DNA from: Octopus sinensis
Taxonomy: Eukaryota
Direction: 5' to 3'
Assembly (NCBI RefSeq): GCF_006345805.1
Contig: NC_043000.1
Location: 73,222,001-73,286,000 of the forward strand
DNA: 64,000 nt
Shown here: positions 46,900 through 61,423 of the stretch, piece by piece
How positions within the stretch are numbered: the first letter of the stretch is position 1
Layout: every line of letters begins with the position of its first letter
Notes under the pieces: generated by a model
Databases searched by the model: none
The model's input: only the letters and a program-made list of their open reading frames with translations
What the model was told of the DNA's origin: nothing
Program-made: the position numbers and the translations under genes

Positions 46900-49800
46900 A
46901 GTATCTGAAAGAAATAAAAACTTTTTAATTGGTTCAAAGAGAGTAATATGCTGCCAACACAAGTGAGGCTCAATATTGATTTAAAAGCATTTAATACACT
47001 CCGTAGTATATTATGGAATCTAGTTAAAAAAGAGGATGAAGACTTTGTCACGTATGCTGGGACTGTAAACAGAATATGTGAAAGGTTTAAACTAAAGGGA
47101 CTAACTCTTGATATATTTAAGGGCCTCATTTTTGTACAAGGGCTGACAGCAAACAAAGATGTGGTGATATGTGCAAGAATTCTCACAAAACTTGAACAAG
47201 TGGACCAGAGTTTAACCCTGCAGACAGTTACAGAGGAATGTCAAAGAATGATAAACTTGCGACAGGATGTAAAAAAAATTGAAGAGAAGGATTTTTCACA
47301 AGTACAGGCATGTTGACTGGGAAGGAATAAATAAAAAAGAATGTTAAGACCAAGCCCCTGCTACAACTGTGGAGGCCTACATTTCAGGAAGGACTATCCT
47401 TTCGAAACACAGAAGTGTTACAGATGCCAAAAAAATAGGACACAAGAGCTCACATTGCAGAGTAAAGTTAGGAAGGTTGAACATAAAGAATTCTAAAGTT
47501 TTCTCAATGAAAAGTAAAAATGACACCAAAAAGGAGAAATTTGTATATGTAAAAGTAAACAAAGTGAATATTAAATTACAAATAGATACTGGTAGTGACA
47601 TTTCAATTATTGATACCGATATGTGGAAAAGAATCAGGAAACATGTTAAGAAAACCATCGAAAATTGCACGAGGCTTGACAGGTGAAAAACTACACTTTG
47701 TAGGTGAAATGTGAAGTGATATTACATTTCATGGTAAAACCTGTAGAGCAAAAGTTTTCATGTTAAAAAGTACAACCAATCTGTTTGGTACAGACTGTAT
47801 GGAGTTGTTTGACTTATGGGACCTCCCCATAAATCTGTACTGTAAAAAACTAAATAGCTGTCCCATCAGTAAAAATTACTCATCAGATGAATTGAAGAAA
47901 AAATTTTAAAACTTGTTCCCTGAAGTGTTGTTGGATAAATCAGTTCTCTGTACTAAGTCTGAGGTGAGTTTTCAAATAAATGAAAGCACCATACTTGTAT
48001 TCAAATCTAATAGAAAGTACTTTTGCTGCAATAAAACAGATAGATGAAGAATTAGACAAACTAGAGAAAATTGGAATTATTCAAAAAGTGGTTTATTCTA
48101 ATACACACCAACTGTGTATATTAAAAAAAAAAGAATTACAAAATCAGGGTATGTGTCAATTTTTCTACTGGTTTGAATGACTGCCTAAAAATGTACCACT
48201 ATCTGCTACCTACTCAGGAGGATATTTTTGCAAAATTAAATGATGGCAAGATATTTTTGAAACTGGATCTGTCTGATATATACCTACAAATTAAAGTAAA
48301 CAAGCAATACTCAAAATTTCTAACAGTGAATACACATAAAGGACTTTATAAGTATAACAAATTACCATTTGGTCTACAGGTCACACCTGCAATTTTTCAA
48401 CAGGTTATGGATGCGATACTAGTGTACTGTAAGCATATTCAGCATGTTAAGTGTTTTTGAAAAAAATAAGAGATTACGGTTTCACACTGAGTGAGGAGAA
48501 ATGTAAATTTTTTTTGTCTAAAATTAAGTATTTAGGACAAATTATTGATAGAAATGGAAGATGATTGGACCCATTGAGGGCAGACACAACTAAAAATATG
48601 CCACTTCTAACTAATATAACGACCTTACAAGTTTATCTAGGTCTAGCAAATTATTATCAAAATTACATACCAAACATGTATAATTTGAGAGCTCTACTGA
48701 ATAATTTGCTAAAGAAGGGTGTGAAGTAGAATTGATCAAATAATTGTCAAAAGATGTTTGACAATATTAAAAAAATATTAATATCGGATTTGTCGCTGGC
48801 TCATTTCACTCCTGCAGTGAAAATTATTGTAGCATCTGACGCTTCTAAATATGGTATAGTATCAGTAATGCTACAGAAATATAAAGACAGTAATATGAAG
48901 GCGGTGGTCCATGCCTCACATTCTCTGATAGGTGCAGAGAAAATCTATAGCCAAATAGAGAAAGAAGCTCTTGTGATTATTTTTGCCATGAAGAAATTTT
49001 ACAGATTTTTGCACATTACAAGTTTTAGGCTACAAGCTGATCACTGACTGTTATTATCAATTTTGGGGTCAAAGAAAGGAATTCCTACCCATACTGCAAA
49101 TAGATTGCAGCATTGGGTTATGATATTGTTGAATTATGATTTTAAGATGGAGTACATTCTTTCTAAGAAAATTGGCCATGTGGATTGTTTATCTAGACTA
49201 ATCATGAAGAATACGGAATCACTGGTTGATATGTGTTACAGTCAGAAAAGGAAATTAAAGACATTATGTGTAATGTCATTCAGGAGCTGCCAGTGACTGT
49301 ACAAAATATAAAAAGTAAATCAGTGGACGACAAATACATCATGAAATTGAAGGAAACCTTGAAAAATAAATACGCACAAAGAGTGGTAGTACCAACTGCA
49401 CTATAGGAATATGTATTACATGAATTTCATAGTGGACACCCAGAGAATTTAAGAATGAAAGCTTTGATGAGGAGTTATGTGTTTTGGCCAACAATGGACT
49501 GGGACATTGAAATTTGGTGAAATCATGTTGAGGTTGTGCACTAGCATCCAAAGCACCACCGGTGAAATACCAATTGTGGCCTGAGACGCATAGTCTGTGG
49601 TTCAGAGTACATTTAGATTATGCAGGACCGGTGAATGGTACGTACTACTTAATCATTGTTGATAGCTTTACCAAGTGGCCAGAAGTATGTAGGTGAAGTC
49701 AACCAACTTTGAAGGCAACAATAAAGTTCCTGCATGAACTTTTTGCTAGATACGGTGTTCCAGACACCATAGTATCGGACAATGGAACACAATTTACAGG

Positions 49801-50110
49801 ATACGAGTTCAAAAATGTCTGCAAAATGCATGCAATCAAGTACATTTTTACCCCACCCTACCACCCAAGATCAAATGGGCAAGCAGAACGATTCATAGAC
49901 ACTTTTAAACAAGCACTAAAATAAAGTAAGGAATGAGTTAAGAAATGACAAAGCACTAACTCAGTTCTTAAGGGTGTACAGAATAACACCCAGTCCGAAT
50001 GCCAGTTCAGGCAAGCTACATGCAGAGCTAATGTTTGCTTGGAAGATAGAATCTATCTTTGATGAATTGTTGCCAAAGAAAAAACGTATTAAGAAAATAC
50101 AAAAAATTCA
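46900..50110 (+). pseudogene. Degenerate Ty3/Gypsy element 3 internal region (gag-PR-RT-RH-IN); LTRs not recognised
   Basis: CYNCGGLH; LQIDTGSDISII; KLDLSDIYLQ, LPFGL..TPAIFQQVMD; VASDASKYGI, YSQIEKEAL; IVSDNGTQF, HPRSNGQAERF. Many stops and frameshifts. Confidence 0.88.
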
Positions 50111-50659
50111 ACAAATCATTTTGATGTAGGAAACAAAGTTATATATTTTATTGTACTACACGGTTATAGTGTAAAAAGTTTCATCATAACAATTGGTGAT
50201 ACAACAGTTACATCCCTTAATTGTTTGTACTACCAATGCCTCATTTCCTCCCCCCACTTTCATTCTTTGTTCTCATTATCAGCTCCTGTCTTCTATTCCC
50301 CTTTGCCACTCCTCCACCCTTGTTCATCATTCTCTACATTTGCCTCTACCACTACATCTAACCATATGTTATTATCCTCTTCTGACCCACTGCCCCTATC
50401 ATCTCTTGTTTCCTGAGAGTTTTGCTCTGACAACTCATTACTACCATCTTACCTTTTTCCCCAATACTACTTCCTACTCTTATATAAATGCAAGGTAGCC
50501 ATGTATCTTTTCCATAGTAAGTCACTTCTGCTTGATCCTAGTATAAGATCTCTTCTCCACCCTCTCAAATACTCCCCCATTTAGTCAAAGGGGGATTTCC
50601 CTTCCCCTGTTTTTTCTTTTCTTGTTCTTTCCTGTTTCACAAGTTACTTGGTAACCCCA

Positions 50660-50800
50660 CAAGTGCTATGGCATGAGAAATGCACCCAGTAGACACTGTG
50701 AACATGGAGCATGATGCAACCTTGCAGCTCACCAAATTCTGTCAAATCATCTAATCCATGCCAGCATGGAAAACAGACGTTAAATGATGATGATCATCAT
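50660..50800 (+). mobile_element. Short RTE-type 3' tail copy
   Basis: ...ccatgccagcatggaaaacagacgttaaatgatgatg. Confidence 0.55.
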
Positions 50801-51599
50801 CATGATTATGATGATGGTGTAATTAAAATGAAATTTAAGAGCTATTTCTAGTAGAGGAAACAATTATGTAGAGGTTTTCTCATTGACTCATATAAAGGCT
50901 CTCTTGACCTGTCTTTCAGCTTTTGAACTTATGTATATTACCTTGGGATTAAAACCTAAATTATTTTGGAGCATGACTACAGGATCCATTTTGGAATTAA
51001 TCAATTAGTATGAATTATGGTGGGTAGTTAATTAATATGTCCTACTGCTATGTAATAATTCTCATTGTTGATGTTGCTCAGTCCATAAGCAATCTTATGA
51101 TGAAAGGCATTCGAGTTGTAATCATACCCATCTTTTTCCAGATACAGCATATTTACAACTACATTATTCTGTCTTTTTTATAAAATAGACTGGTGTGATT
51201 TGAAACTGATTTCATTGCTATTTTCAGTAGGCCAAGTGCCCAGTTAGTATTGCTGTGTGTTGTCCAAAATTATAGTATTGCTGTGTGTTATGCAAAATTA
51301 GAGTATTACTCAAAAAATTTATCTAATTCCAGATTCAATTACTGTCAAAGAAAAATCGTAAGTTCAAGGAGCGATAGAATTATTTCCTTCACACTCTTGT
51401 GGTACAATGAAAATTCATGCAATATAACAGTTTATGAGGGTGAGTACACCATATGTTACAACTCTTATATTTATTTTCTACACATACAATGATGTTGCAG
51501 CTGACCAAGTCAGTGAAGTGGATCAACTTCCTTATATTTTATTGTTTTTATAATTTTTTGTTTTTTTATTGTTTATAATTTATTGTTTTTATAAATTAT

Positions 51600-52930
51600 T
51601 ATTTTTATACACGAACACATATACACACACATACTCACGTATTCATGAACACACATATACCTCCCACACATCACACACATACAACACACATACATGTACA
51701 TATACACGCATACATCCACACACATACACACGCATATATACACATATACACACACCCACATACACCCACGTGCACACACACATGCGCGTACACACACACA
51801 CGTACACAAACGTACACACAGACACAAGAATGCGCAGAAACCTATCCCACCCAACCCCATGCACACACAGACACACATACCTTTAGACACACACACATAA
51901 ACGTACATACAACCACATACACACTCATACTCAAGCACACGTGCATACACACAATAAAATGCACACAACCTGACACACATCTCCACGTTCACACACATAT
52001 ACACACGCACGCACGTACACACACGCACACACACACACCAGCACAGGTTCCCACATATACCTCTAACAAACAATACTCATACAGATATGCACACAATTAT
52101 ACACACATGGGCACAGACACACATGCACATACACGCACACACGCACGTAAGCACACATACGCACGTAAGCACACACGCACACAAACACACACACGCACAT
52201 TACGCCTAGACAACACCAAAAACCCACACACATGCATGCACAAATTCACATACACACCTATACATACACACAATATATGCATACACGCACACACACACAT
52301 ACACATATGTATACACATATAGACACAGACACACACACTCACACACACACAAACATGTGCACACATATGCACGCACATGCACACACCTAACACTCACAAC
52401 CCACGGATACATGTATATACACCCACATACGCGCACACAACTACATGCACATATGACATGCACGCACATACTCACACACACACAAATGAACCCACACATA
52501 CATCCCATACACATAGCACACACTCATACATACACGCACACAATTATACATACATGTATACACACACACGCACATACAAGCACACACGCACACATACACA
52601 AAGTAAAGCACAGTTATTCGCCACACACACAAACTCTACACATACACACATGAACACACACACACACACACACACTACAAAAAAACACACACACATACTT
52701 CAAACTACCAGTACCTTTCACTGACCATTCTTCCACATGGGTAGAGAGACACAAGAGCCACTCCTAATTCATTCTTCCTTGACCTTAAACAATACTAAGC
52801 CCTACCAAACACATAGATTAACAGCCACAGCCACACACACACACACACACGTGTTATCATTGCACACATACACACATACACACATGCACATGCAGACCTG
52901 CACACATGCACATATCCACACTTACACATA
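51600..52930. repeat. Degenerate (CA)/(TA)-rich low-complexity tract
   Basis: Direct reading. Confidence 0.9.
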
Positions 52931-52999
52931 CATACCTCCTCTTGCACTCTCCTGTCTTTGAAAGAACTTTTTCTTCACCTATTCCCTTCTGGTCATTCA

Positions 53000-53210
53000 A
53001 AATGTGACCACGTGTGTACCGTTGGCGATTTTTTTTTCTCCGTCTACCCTTCTTTGGATCCTTCCTTATCCTATGTTTCTGACGAAGTGCTCCACTCGAA
53101 ACGTTAAACCCTCCTTCTTTCCTTCTTTCCTGAGCTTCCAATAATACTATAATTGTTCCACGTCCTCGCATTGTTGTGTTTTCTCTTTGTGTTTTCATGT
53201 TTGGATTAAC
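53000..53210 (+). mobile_element. Solo Penelope-type pLTR fragment
   Basis: Contains the ctgacgaag...cgaaacgtt hammerhead-type motif followed by a pyrimidine-rich tail. Confidence 0.5.
53075..53109 (+). ncRNA. Minimal hammerhead ribozyme-like motif
   Basis: guuu-CUGACGA-AGUG(CUC)CACU-C-GAAAC-GUU-aaac; helix II register is imperfect. Confidence 0.5.
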
Positions 53211-53235
53211 TATTTATATATATATATATATACAA

Positions 53236-53963
53236 CTTATGAACTAACTCTGAAATCGGGTCTTTTTTTAGAAATTTCTGTTGGTTTTCTTCGAGACACG
53301 TGCTTATAGTGATGAATTATATGGTTATGGATGTTGTCTAGTTTCAGCATATTTGGCATTAGAAATTTTTTTTCTTTTGCCCTTGTTTATAAGTTCTTTA
53401 TAAATTTAACCTTTAAAGGTATTTTTTAATATGCTGGCCTTTGATAAAATTTTTTTCGAAAAAATTTTATCCTATATTAGATGTAAATTTAATAGTGTTC
53501 ACTTCCGGACTCTCTCATTCCTTGAGAGTTTTCAGTTCGGATTGGACGTGTCTCGAATTGGCTGGAGAATTTCTATTTTGAATATATTTGGGGTACTTAG
53601 GTCTGCTCATGACTTACTGTTTGCTTCTTCCATGGGTATAAGTAAGTATTTCATTTTTTTCTTTGCCGCATTTATTACTGACGAAGAGAAGGTTCTTATG
53701 AACTAACTCTGAAATTGGGTCCAATATGGTAATGACGGAATTTTTTAGAAATTTCTGTCAGTTTTCTTTGAGACACGTGCTTATAGTGATGAATCATATA
53801 GTTATGGATTTTGTGTCTAGTTTTGGCATATTTGGCATTAGAAATTTTTTTTCTTTTGCCCTTGATTATAAGTTCTTTATAAATTTAACCTTTAAAGGTA
53901 TATGGTTATGGATGCCAGTGATAAAATTGCTTTTTTGAAAAATTTTATCATATATTAGATGTA
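53236..53963. repeat. ~250-270-bp direct repeat pair (53236-53485 and 53695-53963)
   Basis: cttatgaactaactctgaaat...ttttatc.tatattagatgta occurs twice. Confidence 0.85.
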
Positions 53964-54034
53964 TATATATGTTCACATACACACACACAATTATACACAT
54001 TCGTTTTTGTGTGCATGCATGCATACACACAGAG

Positions 54035-54203
54035 CCCTACATTTATATGGAGTGGTTGGCGTTAGGAAGGGCATCCAGCCATAGAAACATTGCCAGATCA
54101 GACTGGGCCTGGTGCAGCCTTCTGGCTTCCCAGACCCCAGTTGAACTGTCCAACCCATGCTAACATGGAAAGCGGACACTAAACGATGATGATGATGATG
54201 ATG
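54035..54203 (+). mobile_element. Short RTE 3' UTR copy with (GAT)n tail
   Basis: ggagtggttggcgttaggaagggcatccagc...ggacactaaacgatgatg. Confidence 0.8.
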
Positions 54204-54299
54204 AAATAAAATATAGAGATATAAACCAAATAATATAGTATAAAGAAAGAAGTATAAGAAAGATGTATTAGAAATCATAGATTATCAGGATATTTCAGT

Positions 54300-54860
54300 G
54301 AGGTTGTGAGAGTACTGCTATGGTTGATGATAGAGTCATCTACATCCAATCTTGTATCCTGAATGAAGATGTTAGAATCAACATAGGGCTGGCTTGGAGG
54401 CAGAGAGAACATGATGTTTGTCTTCTTTGGATTGAGATAAGTCCAAAAGAAGTGCATTCTCTAAAGAATAGATCCAGTGTAGCCTGCATGCCTTCTTCAG
54501 TGTGAACTATGAAATCTGCATCATCAGCATAAAGAAGTTCACAAACAGTCTTTGATTTTGCATAGAAGCATGTTACATCAAAGACCTTAGCTGAGGTCCT
54601 GAAGTGAATGTAGATGTCAATGCCATAGTCCTCAAAAGCATATGAGACATGTATGCAAAATACATGGAAAAAGGGCTGGAGCAGGAATATACCTTGTTTA
54701 ACCTCATTACTGATGGAAATTGGTTCTGAGAGTGAATCATTGAAGATAAAATGAACTTTCATATCCCTATAGAGTTTCTTAATCAAGTTGACAAATTGAG
54801 GTGGACATCCTAATTTACCAGGTATGGTCCATGCTTTTGTTAAACTGGTTATTATTATAT
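54300..54860 (-). pseudogene. LINE RT fragment (RTE-like)
   Basis: KLYRDM...SEPISISNEVKQG...ELLYADDADF...FGL. Confidence 0.8.
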
Positions 54861-55059
54861 CATCATCATTATCATTGTTGTCTGTCTTCCATGCTGGTAT
54901 GGATAGGATGGTTGACAGGAGCCAGCTAGGTAGAAGACTACTCCAGGCTACTGTGTCAATTTTGGCAGGGTTTTTAGGCAGAGTGGACTGAGTGTTTTTT
55001 ACATGGCTCCAGCACAGTTGAGGTCAGTTTTGGCAAGAGTTTTACAGCTGGATGGGGCA

Positions 55060-55900
55060 TTGGAGGAGGGGATCTTGTATCAGATGATGAAAGGTGCCAG
55101 AGAAGCAGAAACAGGTGTCTTGTTATAGAAGAGAAGGCATTGGAGGAGGTGATCTTGTGTCAAATAATGAAAAGTCAGGGTGTGACAGAGAAACAGAGAA
55201 GCAGAAACATGTGTCTTGCTATAGAGGAGGTACATGGTTAGCTCACCAGAGAGAGAGAGAGTGTGAAAGAAGAGAGAGGCAGTGAGAGAAGAGAGAGTGA
55301 GAGAAGAGAGACAGGGAGGGAGAAAGTGTGAGGTACAAGATTGAGGACAGAAACAGATGTACTGATGTAAAGAAGATATTTGGTTACCTTGCCAGAGAGA
55401 AAAGTAAGAAAAAGAGAGAGAGTGATCAAGAATGAGGGTAGAAACTGGTGTGCTGCTACAGAGGAGATACATGGCTATCAAGCCAGAGGGAAGAGCAAGG
55501 GAAAGAGAGAGAGAGGGTAGAAAACAAAGAAAGTGCAAGAGAAAGCAGGAGAGAGATGGTGGTGAAGTTCCAGGGTATACTCACAAGTTACAAGGATCAG
55601 AGCATAGGTGGGATCATAGAGTAAGGAAGAGAGAGAGACAACTGGTAGTAATTGCCAGGGCATTCCCTCAAGGTATGGAGGTCATAATATATATAGCCAG
55701 GTGTTGCCAAGAAGGCTTGAGTAGGGAGTAGAGGTTGCACTGACTGGTAAAAACTTGGGTTTAGAGATGGTGGGGAAACAGTGATACAGTGAGCAGGGCA
55801 GTGAGGGCAGGGAAGGGAGAGAATCATAATGTATGAAGAAATGTGTGGAAGAGAAAGATGTGGTTCAGAAGAGGGGATGCAATTTGGTTTCTTGGTGTAG
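55060..55900. repeat. GA-rich diverged tandem repeats adjoining RTE-type sequence
   Basis: Recurrent gaaaca.gtgtcttg.tatagagga.g units. Confidence 0.5.
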
Positions 55901-55959
55901 AGTGTGTGAAAAGTTTATTGTTACATCACATGTGAGACACAACACTTCTAGCACTCAGT

Positions 55960-56560
55960 TTCACTGACATGGGCAGATTTTCTCTGGAACCTCATATCAT
56001 CATACATGTCAGTCCATTGTCATTTCCTCTGTAAACCCTAACATCCTGAGATCAGTCCTCATCACTTCATCCCACGTCTTCCTGAGTCTCCCTCTTCCAC
56101 AAGTACCATCCACATGTCCAAACCAAAGCATTCTCCTCTCTTGCATGCCACATTTGATTCCTCTTATGCCCAACTTTTCTCTTAACACATTTTCACTTTG
56201 TCATACATGCATACTGATGTTGAACATCCAACAAAACATACTATCTTCATTCCTCTCCAGTTTACGCATGTTCCCTACATTCAAAGCCCATGTCTCACTG
56301 CCATAGAGTATATCTGTAGAGTATAGCTGTTCATACACAAGCATCATACAATCTACCTTTCATTCTGAGAGGGAGTCCTTTTGTTGCTCTCTGAACTTCC
56401 TTTTGTAGCTCTCTAAATTTCCTCCATCTTATTCTTGTTCTAGAAGCAATACTTTTAGAGCATCCACTATCATTACTAATTTGGTCACCTAAGTAGTAGA
56501 AACTATCTACTAATTCAAGAGACCCACCTGAGCATCTGAGTGAGTCTAAGTCCCTCATGC
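55960..56560 (-). mobile_element. RTE LINE ORF 3' fragment
   Basis: LELVDSFYYLGDQI...RIRWRKFREL...KGRLYDACV...GRGRLRKTWDEV. Confidence 0.75.
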
Positions 56561-57049
56561 TCTTAGTGTTGATTGTTCCTGCAGAGTGGAAGAATTTTAG
56601 AGGTAAAATTGTCAGGAGGAGAAGAGGAAGAGAAAATTTAGGAGTGGTAGTAAAATGAATTTTTAGAAGAGAGGGAGGTGGGAGATAAAGTCAATAGGGG
56701 AACATAGTAGTTCTAGGTAAATTTATGATTTATCACATAACAATAAAATTATACATGCCTAGTCAAATACACATGCATATTTTCTCTGTGCACCTGTAGT
56801 ATCCTATAGGTGTGCACATGCACATACATGCCTGTATATTCTCATGGGCTGACAGGAAGATGTCGGGAGATCGTGAGATTAAGAAAAAATATAAAGGTAG
56901 TTAAAAAAGTTGTCTGTTATAAATACATAGAAGAGCTGCAAGTGGGGGTGGGGGGATAGTTATAAAATAGTAGCGAAAGATGCTATTATTTGTACTTTGA
57001 TAATGTGTTACATAATCTGTATTTACAATTAAAAATTAGATGGTTCAGT

Positions 57050-58620
57050 GCATTCAGACAATTGGTGGATTACACAATAGAAAAGATTTCCACAATACAT
57101 TTGTTGTTATAACCATTATACAGTTTAGTATGGGTAACAATGGACCATTTTAAATTATAAAGAATTGAATTTTGTTTTAGGTTATGAATTAGCCAAGATA
57201 AAGAAGTGCTTTTTGGGATTTGAAGCTAGAATAGTGATTACCTACTCTGACCTCGAAGGTGGTGCTTCACAAGCCAATGTATACAAATTAGAATTATCAT
57301 TTGATACTGTGCATTTGTATATAATATTTTTTTGTGAGAAATCTATTATCTAAAGGATAGGAGGTGGGTGTCTACAGCTGCATAGGATTCTAGAAGGTGC
57401 TAAACTGGAATTTACGGGGTTATGATGATCTAGGGTTCACCTGGTGTTATATTCATTATCTGCTGCAGTGTTAGGATTGGTATTTTTAGGGTGGTTAGGG
57501 AGTCATCTGGTGGATGTAGCTTATAATACTTCTCATGTCTAATGATACTATTCCTATCATTGCCTTTTTCAGTGGTGGGTGTAGTGGGGTTATAAGGTTG
57601 GTTAAGGGTATTGAGAGGAGTTATAGAATTAGGGTTGGTGGTGTCAGGGTCAATAGTGGTGTGAGGGTCTGTATTGGTAAGGAGGTTTAAGGATGTCCTA
57701 GGGCTATGCTTGGGAAACTGGAGGTTAGGGTGAGTTGTGTTGCTGCCATTGCTGGTTCCCAAGTTTCTCATTGTTCAGACGTCAGATTATACCAGCAATG
57801 TTATTGGGAATTGAAAAGTTTTCTAAGAGAACTGAACTTAGAGAAATGTTTTCCAAGTAGAGTAAAGAAGAGCTTGAGTACTCTGGTCTGAACATTAAAA
57901 GCAGTAGTAGAGGGTAACCCAGATATTGTCACATGTCTTGGTCTACTTATTCCAGTTTAGGGGGTTACCCAAGTATAGCTTGCAATATAGAGGTGTACAT
58001 TAGTATGGATTTTGATGGGCAGTGGTGGATTTGGGAACTAGAATCACAGGATGGGAGGTGTGCCTATTAGATTTACAACTACAGTAAAATTTGGGAGGAT
58101 AGAAGAAGGGTGGAATACAGGGAATACTTTGTGTTTTATCTAAAGGGACAGATGTATCTGTTATGCCAGTTTTAGTGGAGGAAGGATCACTCCATATAGG
58201 GATGTATTCATTGCAAACACACACAAAGACTGGAACATATCTTTTTTGTCTTCTATTGAAAAGGGTCAAGCAACAAGGGTGAAAATTATGGAAATGCTTG
58301 TCAGAATAAAATCAGTACCTACCACTCCAGAAATAATAGCCTTTTTATTGAATTCTTTTTAAAAGAGGAAACTGATAAGGCAGGATTTATAGGCAGCATC
58401 CAAAGTAAAGAACCAGGTAAATAGAGAATTTTCCCTTCTGAAATTTTTTTCTGAATTTTTAAAAATTCTTACCTAAATATCATCTTTAAGAGAAATTGAT
58501 CATGTGTTCCAGACCACCTGAGAAATTTCTAATGTTATTGAATATGAGGCCTGGATAACCGCAGAAGAAAACAATGGGAACTAGAAAGAAACTGTCAAGA
58601 CAAGTCAGGAATCCATAGAG
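57050..58620 (-). pseudogene. Degenerate Penelope-like element (RT C-terminus, linker, GIY-YIG)
   Basis: Minus-strand TLLGKHFSKFSSLRKLFN, PNNIAGII, CSCR..., KNIIYKCTVS, LKWSIV. Confidence 0.6.
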
Positions 58621-61423
58621 CATCTTTCTTGATACCAAATTAAGACACTATCATCACTCAAACACTTGAAAATATGAAAGAGTAATCAGTGGGCATTTTC
58701 AAACAAGAAATACCAACTGCTTGATTCTGTTTCATTTACTATGGTTTCACTAGTTCTGCCAATTATAAATATCAATGTAAACTGTTTCAAGCAAGGATTT
58801 ATAAAACCTCAGTTTCTTTCCTAATCAAGGTGTAGAAAACATTTGGTAAGGATGGGATATCTCTGAGATCTAGAAGACAGAAATATAATCACTAAACTTG
58901 TCAACTAGATAGTTTGATGCAATTTTGAACCTTGTCCTTCTGACTCAGGTATGGTTGTCATCGCCATCATCATCCTCATCATCCTTGTCACCACCACCAC
59001 CACCATTATCATCATCATTATCATATTTAACATAGCAATCTAGAAGAAAATTTAAGAAAGAAATATATTTTTCTGTTCTCTTATGAAAAGGTATCCAAAC
59101 ATTAAGAAATAGTGTACTCAATGGTAGGCTTCATCACCAAGCTGTGAGTTAACAGTTTAAGAATATCTTAACATTTCCTGCTCATTTATTTTCAATTGAC
59201 TATGCTTGCTTAAATTTTTCACTCGTGTTGTACAAAGAATCTATACACCTATGTAATTTAAGATATAATTATTTCAGGGAGATATTTAGAAGGGGTTTCC
59301 TTATGGTTGTTTATGATTATTTATAAAAGATTTAATTTCTCTGATTTTCCTTTAAATTTTTTACAAACACATCTAAGAAAAGGTTAATACAATTTTTATT
59401 TATGTTAATGTTTCAAGAATTATATTGCATAAATCCTAGTTAAAAAATAATGAAAAACATTTCTTTATAAACATAGGGAAAGAATATAATAGCAGTATTA
59501 CACACACTCATAAAATATAGAAGTACAGTGAGATTTGATAGTTGGATCTAGTCCACATTCAAGTTTGGTGATGTGCCCTGATTATCAGCTTGCAGCAATA
59601 TCATGCCATATAGAAATTAGTGAAATGTTATATGACTTTTTCACATGCTTTTCTCAGCATCAAAGGCAGTGTCATGTCAAGAATAATGGCAGAGGTTTGT
59701 GAGCCACCTGAGGACACATCTTCACCTCTTCCCAGGCAATACCAAGAGATAAGAGACAATTTCAGGCTGTCCAGTGCTAAATGTGTATAATAATGATGTT
59801 CACTGTCCACTTTGGTTACCAATTCATTGCTAAAAATAACAGTCTAATTAGCTATGCAAGTGATACACAGCCATCAACAGGAAAATAACTCAGCAACAAA
59901 CTTCAAAATGACAGAAAGCTAACAACCAGATAACCTCACTGCTCTACTACCACACTTTCATAACTGCAATGAAAACATCAACAGTATAACAGTTTTTTAT
60001 TGGCAAAACCAAGAAATGGTGACTAGAATTGACAGTTGGCATGGAGACCAAACAGTAAAACCAGCTTGCAGCCAATGAATCAAAAAATGAAATGCAATCA
60101 AGCAACTTTTCACATACATGATTTCACAGAATAGGCTCTCAAGGACTCTTTCTTTACATGTACCTATTTTCTTTAGATTTAGTACCATTCATCCAGTAGA
60201 TTTACATTTCATTCATTTAAAAGACAAAATAATTGCACTTCTACCAACTTCCTTTGTTTTCATGCTAGCACATTTTATAACTTTGCAAAGTCATGTTTAA
60301 AGCTAATCCTGTATTTTATTTTTTTTCCACGGACCCACTTATAGATGATTTTGTGCACATTATTTATTGCAGACACATTTCAATTTACAGTTTCTCACAT
60401 ATGCATGCCTGTTTCATGGTATTCTAAATTTCTCTGGCTGTTTTCACACCAGCCATCATACATTCACACTACACACTTGTAGTGGATATGTGTGTATGTA
60501 AACAAATACATAAACCGTTTCATGATTAAAAGGAAGTTATTTACAGGGTTATAGGTACACTACATACAAATGTAAGCAAATGCTTCGAATTGCTTGTATA
60601 GAGCACATATTAGAAATGAATATGTTTGTGTGTGTGTGCGTGTTTCATTCGAAACAGTAGTCGATCAGCACTGTGAGCATTTCTCTCTGTCTCTGTCGTC
60701 TGCCAAAAACTTGGGGCGTAGATAGATCTATTTCATCTCCCATCTCTGCTACGATTGTTCGCTTCTCTGTTTCAACCTTGTATTTATAATATTTGTGACA
60801 GCTAGAAAGACAGTCATATCGTAGCAGAGACTGTGCTTATTTAGGTCAGCACTTGTCCAGTTGAACTGAGCCTGACATGGCCGAGGTCACAGGCATTTTC
60901 ACAAAGAAGGAACACAAACCATGCTTATTGTACCCTGCTTTCAGCCAGATACTTTTCTCAATGGAAATTTATAGTCATGTTCCACATAGAACATATTTAA
61001 ATGGCTTGATGAATTCAGCATTTCACTTAAGTTTCCTTCGGGATAAACAGCACCTACACAAGCAGAACTATTTGCATATCAATGGAAATTTTATGTAATA
61101 GTAGTAATAATGATAGTTATAATTTTTTCCTACATTTTCTCTTTACCTATTGCTAATATTATTAGGCTGATGTGGTGAGATCTAGAATCAAAACCATACA
61201 ACCCTGATAGTTGGGTCCAGTCTACATTCAGGTCAGACAACCCTTTGTGATTATCAACCAAATAGGTTGCCACAATATCACATCATATAGAACTTAGTTA
61301 AATGCTCTATGACTTTTTTTGCACACTTTTCTCTGTATTAAAGCAGTTTAACACCAAGAGTAACTGCAGAGTTTGAGAGCCACCTCTTGCGTGCCAAGCA
61401 ACACTAAGTTTTCCTTTGATGAA

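Noticed and set aside
51569-52961. His/Thr-rich ORFs (up to 225 aa)
   Set aside because: Low-complexity CA-rich tract; no domain signal.
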